Assembly: GCF_018350175.1 (NCBI RefSeq)
Contig: NC_058368.1
Location: 77,068,001 to 77,132,000 of the forward strand
Origin: Felis catus
Lineage: Eukaryota
Length of the DNA stretch: 64,000 nucleotides
Direction of reading: 5' to 3'
Below, piece after piece: positions 12,688 through 24,067 of this stretch. The translations under genes and the position numbers were made by a program. The notes beneath the pieces are model-generated. The model ran no database searches and was not told where the DNA came from. It saw only the letters and a list, made by a program, of their open reading frames with translations. The stretch's first letter is position 1, and each line of letters opens with the position of its first letter.

Positions 12688-12823
12688 AGTAACACATTCT
12701 TTAACTAGCATCTTCAAGGAATGACGTGTCCCACATAAATGAATTTTCCTGATAATGAAAGCTTTTCTCTTTGAAATAAAATGAACTTAGAAATAAAGTT
12801 TTATTTCTTCATTTTTTTGTCAG

Positions 12824-12951
12824 ATATCAATTTACAAAGACATCTGCATTTTCCAGCTACCTATGCAGAGTTAGGAAACATTGTTGGACATTTCCTTGAT
12901 GGCTTAGGGACGTTTAGAGAGGATTATAATCCTAGTAACATTTTTAGTACA
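12824..12951 (+). CDS. Internal coding exon (xINLQRHLHFPATYAELGNIVGHFLDGLGTFREDYNPSNIFST), gene not identified
   Basis: Strong acceptor ttatttcttcatttttttgtcag; 128-nt open frame; donor ACA|gtatgc; ends in phase 0, matching the next exon. Confidence 0.7.
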
Positions 12952-13159
12952 GTATGCCTTAAAGTTTGGTGCATATAAGAACAAACTTGGAGCTCGTCAA
13001 AAATATATATTCTCGGGACGCATTACGGAAATTCTTATTCTGTAGTGTTGAATCTGCATCTGTGACAAGTTTTCCTCCTGATTCTGGTCCAAGCAGTCAG
13101 GGGACTCACACTTGGAGAAACCTCGCCTTCAGAAGCATCATTTCGAAAATGACAGTAAT

Positions 13160-13380
13160 CATAACAATGAAACGTCATTGTCAGGTGCGATTCTACATTC
13201 GTCCATGAATTGGCTCGTTCAGTACTCACAACAACACCACAGAAGAGGCGTGATGTTCGTTTCCATTCTTCTGATTTGGAACTGAGCCCCAGGATGATTT
13301 GCATGTCTTACCAGATTACCTCACCACCAAGTGACAAAACTGAGGTTCTAAACCAGCCCTCCTGACCTCAGGGCTTGACC
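13160..13380 (-). mobile_element. MIR relic
   Basis: ctcacaacaacacc...ggaactgagcccc...aagtgacaaaactgagg pattern. Confidence 0.55.
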
Positions 13381-13719
13381 ATCATGTCATGTGCTCAACG
13401 TAGATATGCAGAGATAGACCTTTCTCAACATTTCATGGATGTATTGCTTCCACTCTCCATTCCCGGTCCTCTGAGGGTCAGCTAAGGATGAGACTTATCA
13501 GTGGGGGTGCCTGATACATGCCAGGTGAGATAGACCCCACGGGGGGCAGGGGTACTTGCAGAGAAGCATGGCTGCTAGACATTCACTCATGGACAGATCC
13601 TAATCCGTTATGCATCAGGAAACCACATGGCCATCTTCAAAAGAACTGGGCCCATAACATGTAGCAAGTAGGCTCTGAACAGCATCTCAAATTAATTGTA
13701 TTTAATGAGTCATTTTTCT

Positions 13720-14620
13720 AAGTATACTGTTTAATGCTGATTATGTTATAATCATGCGGAAACTCTGAAAAAAAAGTAGGAAAGGACAGTGGAAAATGTA
13801 ATATGCAAACCAGTCAGAGATGATACTACTACCTTTGGAGCCTCTTGAAATTAGTTTCTTTATATATTTCCTCATAAACATGCAGATACATTTTGTGTGT
13901 TTATATGTAAATATTCAGGCATTATTTACACGTATAATGTTGTCATCTATATTATACCATGTTACATGATCGGGATAAAGCTGCATGTAATATTTTGCAT
14001 CATTCACTCTTCTCTTAAGATTGTTCTACGAGCATCTTCCCAGGATATTAATAATTTTTTTAGAACTTCTTTTCATTAGAATTGCAGGCATAGTTTTCAA
14101 TGATAGCTGTATTTTAATTTGCATATATCTCAACCTATTTTTTTTTTTTTTTAGCTATTATGAATAGGGCTGGAAGAATCATCTTTGTACATAAATTTTG
14201 CCCATCATTTGAACTGTTTCTTTAAAATAGCATGCTAGAAAGGGAGTTACCTTGTTAAAGAGGACAACACTTTTTAAGGAACTTAACAAATATTTCCCAC
14301 ATTACTTTTCGGAATGGCTGTGCGGCTTTATATGTCCATCATCGGTACAGGAGAGAGCCAACTGCACCTTGCTCCCTGACTCCAGTAAATACTCAATACG
14401 ATCATTAAAAGTAAATATTGGCTTGTTTAACAATTAAAATAATATGTCTTTTATTTCAATTTGGAGTTCTCTGATTGCTCTCGAAATTGAAACTTTTTCC
14501 TATATATTTTTAGCGACTTGTTTTTCTTCTTGCATGACTAATCTATAGTTGCTCCCTCTAATCTTTTTTATGTATCTATAGTAGCTTCTAATATATAAAT
14601 TGTGACCATATTTTCCATAA
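13720..14620 (-). mobile_element. Ancient L1 (L1ME-like) 3' relic
   Basis: gctattatgaatagggctgg...ctagaaagggagttac... resembles an old antisense L1 3' end. Confidence 0.5.
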
Positions 14621-14911
14621 ATATTTTAAGGAATTCCTTTAGGACTGAGAGAGCGAGTTTAAGGCCCCTAACTTTATGATGGCACTTCTGGGGGCTACAC
14701 GTGTTCTGATTTATTTCCGAGCTCTTGGCTCTGTTTAGAAACAGTCGATGCTAATATCCTAGTGAAAAAGCAACTGACATAAATGAATGATATATTTTGT
14801 ACTGAATGACAGTTGAAGGTCAGATTGGTTTTTACTGAAACTACTGATTTTTCAGAAAGTTTTGCTAATATATAAGATAAATTAAGTTTTTAACATTCTC
14901 TTTTATTTCAG

Positions 14912-14971
14912 CTGCATAGATTCAGCCTCTACCTATTTTGTCTTCAAAATCCTACTCTGTTTATGATATAG
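14912..14971 (+). CDS. Terminal coding exon LHRFSLYLFCLQNPTLFMI*
   Basis: Branch-point-like ttttaac, acceptor ttctcttttatttcag, in frame with 12824-12951, TAG at 14969-14971. Confidence 0.62.
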   Translation: MHRFSLYLFCLQNPTLFMI

Positions 14972-15139
14972 AATATCATTCTCAGAGAGGATCAGTGACT
15001 TGGCCAGGGTATCATCTTCAAAGTTTCCAAGAATTCATCTTCAAAGTTTTTACTATTTCTATTACATCAATTTCCTTAACTTTACAATTAATGTCCTGTA
15101 TTATATGCTTTGGCATTTTCTGACAATTTAAGTACATGT

Positions 15140-15347
15140 TTTTTAAAGTGTTTTTGTTTTTGAGAGACAGAGAAAGAGAACTAGCAGGAGAGGGGCAGAC
15201 AGAGAGAGGGAGGCACAGAATCCAAAGCAGGCTCCAGGTTCTGAGCAGTCAGCACAGAGCCCGATGCAGGGATTGAGCCCAGAAACTGTGAGATCATGAC
15301 CTGAGGCGAAGTTAGACGCTTAACCGACTGAGCCACCCAGGCACCTC
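15140..15347 (-). mobile_element. CAN-SINE in the putative 3' UTR
   Basis: SINE body; decayed TSD ttaa(g/a)ta(c/t)atgt. Confidence 0.93.
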
Positions 15348-15444
15348 TTAAATATATGTCTTAATAGTATGACTCAACCTTTTATAGAAATATTTACAGA
15401 ATTTATGGTAATTTACAGAATTACTTTTAAATAACTGTAGAAGA

Positions 15445-15450
15445 AATAAA
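15445..15450 (+). terminator. Candidate polyadenylation signal AATAAA
   Basis: First canonical hexamer I found after the stop codon. Confidence 0.35.
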
Positions 15451-15584
15451 TAGTCTGACGCTGACAGTTGCCATGGGGTAAGACCAGTGGTGGGTTCAGG
15501 CTGACTTTCAGAGAATTAAAATTACACACCACGAAGCCCCACACTTAACTCTGTAATTAAAAATTCATTTATTCATTCAGTAAA

Positions 15585-15630
15585 AGGAGAAAAGGAAAAA
15601 GAAGAAGAAGGAGAAGAAGAAGAAGAAGCA
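15585..15630. repeat. (GAA)n purine tract
   Basis: Seen directly. Confidence 0.85.
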
Positions 15631-17459
15631 GCTAAGTAACCAAATTCCAAAGAATATGGTAAAATTCTCACCGGTTCTGATTTGACAAATTTATTTCAAA
15701 GTCTTATATGACCAGTTTTCCTACTTAAGGGATAAAAAGGAAGAAAGAGAAAACAGAAACTAAAGGAAACTTATTTTTAAAAAGTAGTGGGGAGGGACAT
15801 CAAGGTCTTAATGGCTTAAAATATGTAAATTAGGGATACAGACAAAATAGGAACATTAAGGTAGCTTTTTTTGAAGAGAATAAATTCTTGGAAACTCCAC
15901 ACACAAAAGAATGAGTTGTATGCAGAGACCGTAGTAAATCTAGTTAAGGCAAACACTGCCCTGTATCATTAAACCTAGTGGCCAAGGTCAATAGCAAAGG
16001 GCTGTGGGTTAGCTCAGATGGTCAGAGAGCACGTGACCGTCCATCTTCCGGAATCATACCACCAAGAGAGGGCTGTATTCAAGCCTGTCCTCAGACCAGC
16101 CTCCAGACCCTCTCCAGGGATTGATGACCCTTGACAGGGTTCTCTGGGTGCCCAGGAGCATGTGGGCCATTGGCTTTCGGTCTCCCAAACGATGGTGCCC
16201 GGATAGAGAACAGCACTGCCATGGCCAAATGCAAAACGCGTCCACAGTGATGGAACTGTTCCCCGAGTATATTCGTTACTCATTCTCAGCAAGGGCCCCG
16301 GGGGAAAATGGCCAGGCCAGGCCTAATCTTGTCAATCTCAGAAGAAACATCTTGTGACGGTTTCAACATGTTTCATTAGGTGATTCAGCCCAGGTGGGGC
16401 CATTCCACTCCCCGGCCCCCCGAGCCTTTCCTGGGGCACCCAGGCCTATCACCACCTGCTGCTTCTTTTCCAAGAAAGAGGTGGTTTGGAGGGAAAAGAT
16501 AGAGGAAAATTTGAGTTAACAGTTACTGTTAACTGCAGGCCTATAGTATTTTCCGCCCCCACCCGGAGAGCTGGGCCACATTCTTCCCAGTTCATACACT
16601 ACCAGCAGGCTGTGGCTCACAGATTTCCAGGACTCCACACGTGTGTCTTTCACTGTCTTTCCTGGACTCCCAGTGGCCTAACAGGGTGGACGGGCGGCCT
16701 GTCCACAACAGCAGTTGTCACCGAACGGGTCCCCTCCAGGGAGAACAGACACCCTCTGTTTCTTATCTGGTGGCACTCTCTGTCCCCAGCACCCCCACCC
16801 CTGGGTGAGTTTACTCCTCTTATCTATTCAAGGGACCAGAAAGTGCTCTTGAGAAGACATCTCTGTTCTTGCACTTCACTTTCACATCACAGGACTCCCT
16901 CGGAAGGATTCTTTTTGAAAAGGTACTTCTTATCTTGTTTTACTTTGAAACCCCTTCAAAGGAGAGTTCTGACCCAGGCTGCAGCAATGGAGATGTCAGA
17001 TAAGTTCTGCTTCAGGGAAGAGAGTTCTGAGTTACGTGAGGCGAGCAGGCAGAGGCCGTGGGCCGAGCGGATGGTTTCCTTGTTAACGACTTTGCTGGCA
17101 CAGCTTATTCTTGAGAAAGGACGGCCAGATGAGCGTCACCATTTCGAGACTCTTCTGCATTTTTGAGGCGGCATTGCTGGTCGGAAGCTTTTGACAATTT
17201 TCCTTTTTCTTCCTCAAATCAGATTCATGTCTGTTTTTAATTCTTTGGGAACTTTGGTTTATCTAGAAGGCTGTATCTGCGGTGTCCTCGCACAAAGTTT
17301 TGTAAGTTAAGGGTTTGTTTTTTGTTTTTTGGGTTTTTTTGTAATTACATGCCAGTGTAAGTAAATAGGGCATTACCCTGGCAATGCTGCTTCCATGAGT
17401 TCTCCTGAAGATTAAAGTGGGTGTGTATGAAGTGAATATATTTTAATGATAATATCCTT

Positions 17460-17673
17460 GGGGCACCTGGGTGGCTCAGTTGGTTAAGCATCGGACTTAT
17501 GCTCAGGTCACGATCTCGCGGTCCGTGAGTTCGAGCCCCGCGTCGGGCTCTGGGCTGATGGCTCAGAGCCTGGAGCCTGCTTCGGATTCTGTGTCTCCCT
17601 CTCTCTCTGCCCTTCCCCTGTTCACGCTCTGTCTTTACTACTCTCTTAAAAATAAATAAACATTAAAAAAAAA
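17460..17673 (+). mobile_element. CAN-SINE
   Basis: Head, body and poly-A tail. Confidence 0.95.
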
Positions 17674-18065
17674 GATCCTAATGTATTGTCAGCATCAACA
17701 TATTTAGCTACACCATAGCACGATTAAGGGACAGTACGAAAAAGTAGTTTCATCAGTAAAACACGGTCCTTTCTGCTTACATTCCCAAGTTATCACTGCT
17801 CTGCTGTATCTTGGAAATGCTGTGCATCCAGGAAATAGTTATACAATACTACTTCAAGGTCAAATCTATTTGGTTTTTTTTCCCCCCAAACAATAATTGG
17901 GGATTTTCTTTACAACTCTTACCACAGAAAAGTTTTCTGTGAGAAGTGAGTTCTAGAAAATGACCAACTTACATCGTTCCTATTAGTGGCTAAAGTTAAA
18001 AAAAAAAAAAAAGATACCAGTGTGACTAAGTCTTGTTCCTTGTTAACTAGAAGTGGACACATCAA

Positions 18066-18282
18066 GGGGCGCCTGGGTGGCTCAGTTGGTTAAGCGTCCG
18101 ACTTCGGCTCAGGTCATGATCTCACGGCTCGTGAGTTCGAGCCCCGCGACGGGCTCTGTGCTGACAGCTCAGAGCCTGGAGCCTGTTTCGGATTCTGCGT
18201 CTCCCTCTCTCTCTCTCTGACCCTCCCCCGTTCATACTCTGACTCTCTGTCTCAAAAGTAAATTAACGTTTAAAAAAAAAAA
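18066..18282 (+). mobile_element. CAN-SINE
   Basis: TSD agaagtggacacatcaag. Confidence 0.96.
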
Positions 18283-18329
18283 AGAAGTGGACACATCAAG
18301 TAGGAAAAGAAATATTTGCCAAAGGGACT

Positions 18330-19300
18330 CATTTTGGTGTTCTGCCTGGCCCGATCGACCCATTGAACTTGGTAGTGTGTTGGATTGGGTCTTTGGTTTG
18401 AACTTAATCATTTGCTGTGAGATGTGTGCAGATGATCTTCGGTTGGGAACAGTTTATTCTGCCAAATACTGGGATGGTATTGCTTGCAGTGTGGCCCGTG
18501 GGGGTCTATGAGATTGATGGAGGAAGGCTGTTTGTGCAATGAGGTCGGCTCAACCTTCTCTGGTGTCATAGCTAGGAGTCCGGTCAGGACATCGGTAATA
18601 TTGCTCACACGTCCCTCTCATGGGAAAAAAAAAAAAAAAAATCGAGAACCTCAGGATCTTGTGGGAGTTGAGATGACTAAAGCAGCAAAGTCCGATCCTC
18701 ACTGTGATCTTAACTTGGTTTTGCACGGTTTCGACATTTTGGCAACACATTCCTAAGTGGGACTAAATACAAGAGAGGCGATACTAAATTGGTCTGCGCG
18801 GAGCCTCCCAGCAATCTTTCCCCAGGAAGTCCCTTGCTTAAGTAGAGTTTGGAAGCACCGTTTTTGCTGCTTCTGCAATATTAAAATAATGCAAGACAAG
18901 CAGGCTGGAGGAATTTTGGACTTCTGGGTCAGGTGCGCTACTGTTACACATGGAGCTTGAAAGCCATCGCAGTAAAAATGTGGATTGAACAGGAATTAAT
19001 TCGGAAAGGGATTAGAAAGCCTGACATGTTTTTACAAGGTGTTTCAAATTGATTGGTTAATCCTCATAACATCTGGAGTGAAGAATCACAGAGAGTCGCC
19101 CGTGGAGGCTGCGAGTAACTGGGATTAGAACTCAGCCGGAGTAATTAGCCCATTAAACCTGAGAAAGTGGAGAGGGGTTTCTTGCACTGTATTTGGCTGA
19201 TAGATTACAAGTGATGCTTCATTTGGGAGGAAAATGAACTTTAAATGTGTTAAGCACAATTGAAGTATATCTTTGAGCCTTTGCCTTCTGAGCAAGAGAA
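18330..19300 (+). mobile_element. Probable ancient CR1/L3 LINE relic
   Basis: ORF 18287 reads 'LGSVLDWVF...CADDLRLG', resembling CR1 RT 'QGSVLGPVLF...FADDTKLG'; weak colinear similarity downstream. Confidence 0.45.
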
Positions 19301-19611
19301 ACAGAGTTGGCTTCGGAGAATTTGTTTTACGATACGCTTCAAATGGTGTATATTCTCCACTTCTCTTTATTTACCCAACTTCTATCATCCTTTGAAGATG
19401 GCCACAAATTCTGTCTCCTCCGTGAAGTCCTTTATAGCTTATAAAAATAGCTAAGATTTGGCTGCTAAACACTTTATTTCTCATTTTCATGACAACTTTG
19501 TGAACATTTGGAAAATAAAAAGAGCTGGGATTTAGAGCATTTCTTTACTAATAGAAAGTCAGAGTCAGAATTCAACCTCATGCATGCTCTGCGCTAAATG
19601 CATGTGTCTTT

Positions 19612-19827
19612 AAATTATTTTTTTACATTTATTTATTTTTGAGAGACAGAGAGAGACAGAGCACAAGTGGGGGAGGGGCAGAGAGAGAGGGAGACACAGA
19701 ATCCAAAGCAGGCTCCAGGCTCCGAGCTGTCAGCACAGAGCCCAATGCGGGGCTTGAACCCATAGACTGTGAGATCGTGACCTGAGCTGAAGTCAGACAC
19801 TTAACCGACTGAGCCACCCAGGTGCCC
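19612..19827 (-). mobile_element. CAN-SINE
   Basis: TSD aatgca(t/c)gtgtcttta. Confidence 0.95.
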
Positions 19828-20937
19828 TAATGCACGTGTCTTTAGAAAAGATGATATGCTCCCCACGCCATACTGTATAATTAATCTACCATTTCATTTC
19901 ATTTGTTCATCATTATTTAAATATCTTAACATTAATCTTATATTTTTATCAATATTTCAGTTTGCCAAAAGCAGAAGCTTTGGTTATATTTCTCATGAAA
20001 ACTTCCTAGCGGCTGGCACAGGTTACAAAAGGTAGATATTTGAATCTTGGTGATTTGACTTCACTAGTTAAGGGAAAGGTCCTAAGTGCCAGGCCAAGGC
20101 CATCCTTACCACAACTGGTGTGGCCCGTGTGGGGTGTGAAATGAAGACACTACCGTCTCTGCTTGGTTCTGTCCTAAACATTCCCAGTGTTTATGGAATC
20201 TTCACTCCGGGTCTGTGAAGAATCCTCGAGGTGCTGCATAACCTTGTATGGAGGCTCGTGTGGAAACAGAAATCTTTGTAGAGCAAATAAGTGTCAGAAT
20301 GCAAACATAACCCTTACACAGGGATACTCTGATGGAGGAAATCGCTTCTCTTTGTAACCAATCAGCTTGCGTCCTTAGAGTGCAGTTCCATCTCCTTGTA
20401 GAGAAATTTCTGGATAAATAAGCCTTAATCGAGGCCAGCGTAGGGCATTGCTCTTCTGAGATTTCTGTTTTGCTCATGAATGTGTTGATGGTCGTCTTTC
20501 CCTCTTCCTCATCTTTTAAAAGAATTTACCATGTTTACCTCCAAGTGAACTTCCTTTCTCTGGAGAGACGCCATTTTGGTCCCTGTCATCTTTTCCTATA
20601 TAAATTCAAAATCTGCTTAGCAAGAAAACATCATGAAGTGCTTCATCTTGAAAGCTCCAGATGATATCAAAGGATGTAGTTAATCGTACAACCAAAGTCA
20701 ACACAAAGTTGACTCTCCCAGAGCCTCAGGTAAAGGCAGTTGTGAGTCATTCAGCACAATGACCCGGGGGGAGGCAAGCAGACCAGGATTGTTGCCCTTC
20801 AATGCCTCCGCATCAGAGAGGAAACGACCCAGTATGGGGCTGGACCACAGAGAGAGCATGTCTGCTTCACTGACTTCTAGGATTCCTTCAAAAAAGGCAG
20901 TGAAGAGAGAAATATGCTAAAATAATACCACAACGCA

Positions 20938-21045
20938 GGGTGCCCGGCTGTCTCAGTCAGTGGGGCATGTGACTCTTGATCTCAGGGTTGTGAGATTGAG
21001 TCCCACGTTGGGTGTAGAGATTACTTAAAAAATAAAATCTCAAAG
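20938..21045 (+). mobile_element. Short old carnivore tRNA-derived SINE (SINEC_old-like)
   Basis: tRNA-like head ...gactcttgatctcagggttgtgag...cccacgttgggtgtagagattacttaaaa. Confidence 0.85.
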
Positions 21046-21324
21046 AAAATAATAATAACACCAACTCCACTACCTCATATATCCTACACCATCCATGGGC
21101 AAAGGGACACAGGAAATGGCTCACCACTTAAATGTTTAAAAATCGTAAAATCATAGAATGCTAGAACTCGAAAAGATTTTAGAAATTTCTTTAAGTTGGC
21201 TCATGTTTGTCTGTGATTGTCTATTCTTGCCTCCTGCATAAGAATCCCATAAGATCTTATGATTTTGATATAATTGTGACATCAGGTGGCCTCAATAGCA
21301 TTGATTTAGAGTAATGGATTCGTT

Positions 21325-21328
21325 TGCT

Positions 21329-21359
<31 letters not shown>

Positions 21360-21740
21360 CCATCCTATGAACAGGCATTAAACAACCACTATATGTCAGT
21401 TTCTGTACCATTAGTTACGAGGGGCAGAAGGGTGAATAAGTCAAGGGCTTTTGCTAGGGGACACTGCTGGTCTAACATTGGCATTCCCCTTATAACATTG
21501 AATTATGATACCACATAAGATGTGTTAAAAGATGAGTGTTTATAAAATGCTATGGAAATGCAGGGGACGGGGTGATTTCTTCTGCCTGACATAGTTGGGG
21601 AAAATCTTTCGGAAGAAGTGGCACTGGAATTAAGAACACTTAGAAGATGAGTAGGTGTTCACTAGTTGAAGAAAGGAGAGAAAAGGGGGATGGTATTTCG
21701 GACAAAAGGAAAAGGAAAAGTACACGGTGAGTTCACAGAA
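21325..21740 (-). mobile_element. L2 3' relic with a (CATC)n tract
   Basis: catccatc repeats followed by an L2-like antisense body (tgctatggaaatgcag...gaagatgagtaggtgtt). Confidence 0.65.
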
Positions 21741-22842
21741 TAATCTAATGTTGTTTAAGAGTGGGAAGGTGGAAATGATATTTCTCATTAACCTAAGGCT
21801 TTATTGTTGCTCTGATTTTAGTGTGTAAGAATACTACGTGTCCCATTCCTTCTTTTGGGTTTTGAGCAGGAAACAGTACTCGTTTCCAGAATCAGGAGGT
21901 ATGTTATGTAAACAGCCGTGGGCAGCCTTCACAATAACCTTGTTTTCTTTGACTTAGGTAAACAGGAACAAAACCCTGACACATTATCCAAGACAAAGAC
22001 AGCTGGCAATAATCACACTCCACAAATACAGAGTCTCTTTTGAATCGTTTTATCTTTTTAAAAGAATAAAGAATAAAAAGTGACACATTTCCTAATAGAT
22101 GCTCTTGACCCTGGAGTATATCACACTTCCCACCTTCTCTTTATAACCCTTTAGAAACCACATCTTTTAGTTAATGTTTGAATTTTGATTCTCCCTGATC
22201 TTGCAGAAAGAGTTCTACCATTCCATTTGACATTGAACTTAAGAGTTTGAGTTGATGGTAAAGACATAAACATTAAAAAAAAAATGCATTTAACAATAGG
22301 CAGACAGCCCCGCAGAAAGCTGAAGAACTTTCAAGCGCTCCACCCTAAGGGTTCTGAAAAACGTGATGGCTTTTAAGGACAAGTAGCAAATTTAAAAACC
22401 AAAATAAAATCCCAGAACATTTGTGTAAGACACACTAGGACACTTGAGAGCCATTTGCATCTTATTTTTGTGTTTGCATTTTCTCTTTGAAAATGTACTT
22501 GGCAAAGTGCCTGCAGAATGGGACATAGGAAAGAATAATTAAAGCCATTTTCTGTCAGCCCATCCTTAATTTAACCGAGCCATTCATTCCAAGTAGACCC
22601 ACTCCTCTTGCTGTGGGACTTTTGCAAAGGTCAGGGTTCTCCCCCACGATACTTTTTATTTAAATAAAGCCACAAATTTATGTCCATATCTTCCTTCCAA
22701 CTTCCAAAAGCCCAAGGATTCCCAGAGTGTTTTAAAGCTCAATCTTTTGGTTCCTCCGCCAGCATAAAAACTTCCCATTTGTAAGACCGTCATAGGTTTT
22801 CACCAAAAATTGCACGTGCCAGTTTCTATTCCTTCTTTAAAA

Positions 22843-23054
22843 ATTATTTTTTCAATGTTTATTATTTTTGAGAGGGAGAGACACAGAGTGTGAGCAGGAG
22901 AGGGGCAGAGAGAAAGGGACACAAGAATCTGAAGCAGGCCCCAGGCTCTGAGCGGTCAGTCAGCACAGAGCCCAATGCGGGCTCGAACCCACCAACCGAG
23001 AGATCATGACCTGAGGAAGTCGGGCACTTAACCGCTAAGCCACCCAGGCGCCCC
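22843..23054 (-). mobile_element. CAN-SINE
   Basis: SINE body; TSD approximately tccttcttt. Confidence 0.93.
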
Positions 23055-23085
23055 TGTCACTCCTTCTTTTAAATGCCATTTTCTG

Positions 23086-23309
23086 GGGGCGCCTGGGTGG
23101 CACAGTCGGTTAAGCGTCCGACTTCAGCCAGGTCACGATCTGGCGGTCCGTGAGTTCGAGCCCCGCGTCAGGCTCTGGGCTGATGGCTCGGAGCCTGGAG
23201 CCTGTTTCCGATTCTGTGTCTCCCTCTCTCTCTCTGCCCCTCCCCCATTCATGCTCTGTCTCTCTCTGTCCCAAAAATAAATAAACGTTGAAAAAAAAAA
23301 TTTTAAAAA
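23086..23309 (+). mobile_element. Young felid CAN-SINE
   Basis: TSD aaatgccattttctg (23071-23085, 23310-23324). Confidence 0.96.
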
Positions 23310-23322
23310 AAATGCCATTTTC

Positions 23323-24067
23323 TGAACAAATCAGGAGACTACAAATGCTGGTGAGGATGTGGAGAAACGGGAACCTTCTTGCACTGTTGGTGGGAATGCA
23401 AACTGGTGCAGCTGCTCTGGAAAACAGTGTGGAGGTTCCTCAAAAACTTAAAAATAGATCTACCCTATGACCCAGCAATAGCACTGCTAGGAATTTACCC
23501 AAGGGATACAGGAGTGCTGATGCATAGGGGCACTTGTACCCCAGTGTTTACAGCAGCACTTTCAACAATAGCCAAATTATGGAAAGAGCCTAAATGTCCA
23601 TCAACTGACGAATGGATAAAGAAGATGTGGTTTATATATACAATGGAATACTACTTGGCAATGAGAAAGAATAAAATCATGCCACTTGCAGCAACGTGGA
23701 TGGGACTGGAGGGTATTATGCTAAGTGAAATAAGTCAGGCAGAGAAAGACAGATACCATATGTTTTCACTCCTATGTGGATCTTGAGAAACTTAACAGAA
23801 GACCATGGGGGAAGGGAAGGGGAAAAAAATAGTTACAAACAGAGAGGGAGGGAGGCAAATCATAAGAGACTCTCAAATACATAGATCAAACTGAGGGTTG
23901 ATGGGGGATGGGAGGGAGGGGAAAGTGAGTGATGGGCATTGAGGAGGGCACCTGTTGGGATGAGCACTGGGTGTCATATGTAAGCCAATTTGACAATAAA
24001 TTATATTTAAAATATATATAATAAAAAAATAAAATTCAAGGTCTGGTAATATAAAAAATAAATACAT
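23323..24067 (+). mobile_element. 5'-truncated, relatively young carnivore L1 (ORF2 C-terminus plus 3' UTR)
   Basis: ORF 23379-23786 '[40 protein letters not shown]' is the L1 ORF2 C-terminus; G-rich 3' UTR; TSD aaatgccattttc. Confidence 0.96.

Noticed and set aside
16486..17166. Longest ORF in the track (226 aa)
   Set aside because: TTG start, no recognisable domain and no convincing splice context; likely a chance ORF.
20938..21015. tRNA-like sequence
   Set aside because: Degenerate and followed by a SINE tail, so it is a tRNA-derived SINE rather than a functional tRNA.
23379..23786. 135-aa ORF with real protein motifs
   Set aside because: It is the L1 ORF2 C-terminus of a truncated insertion, not a host gene.
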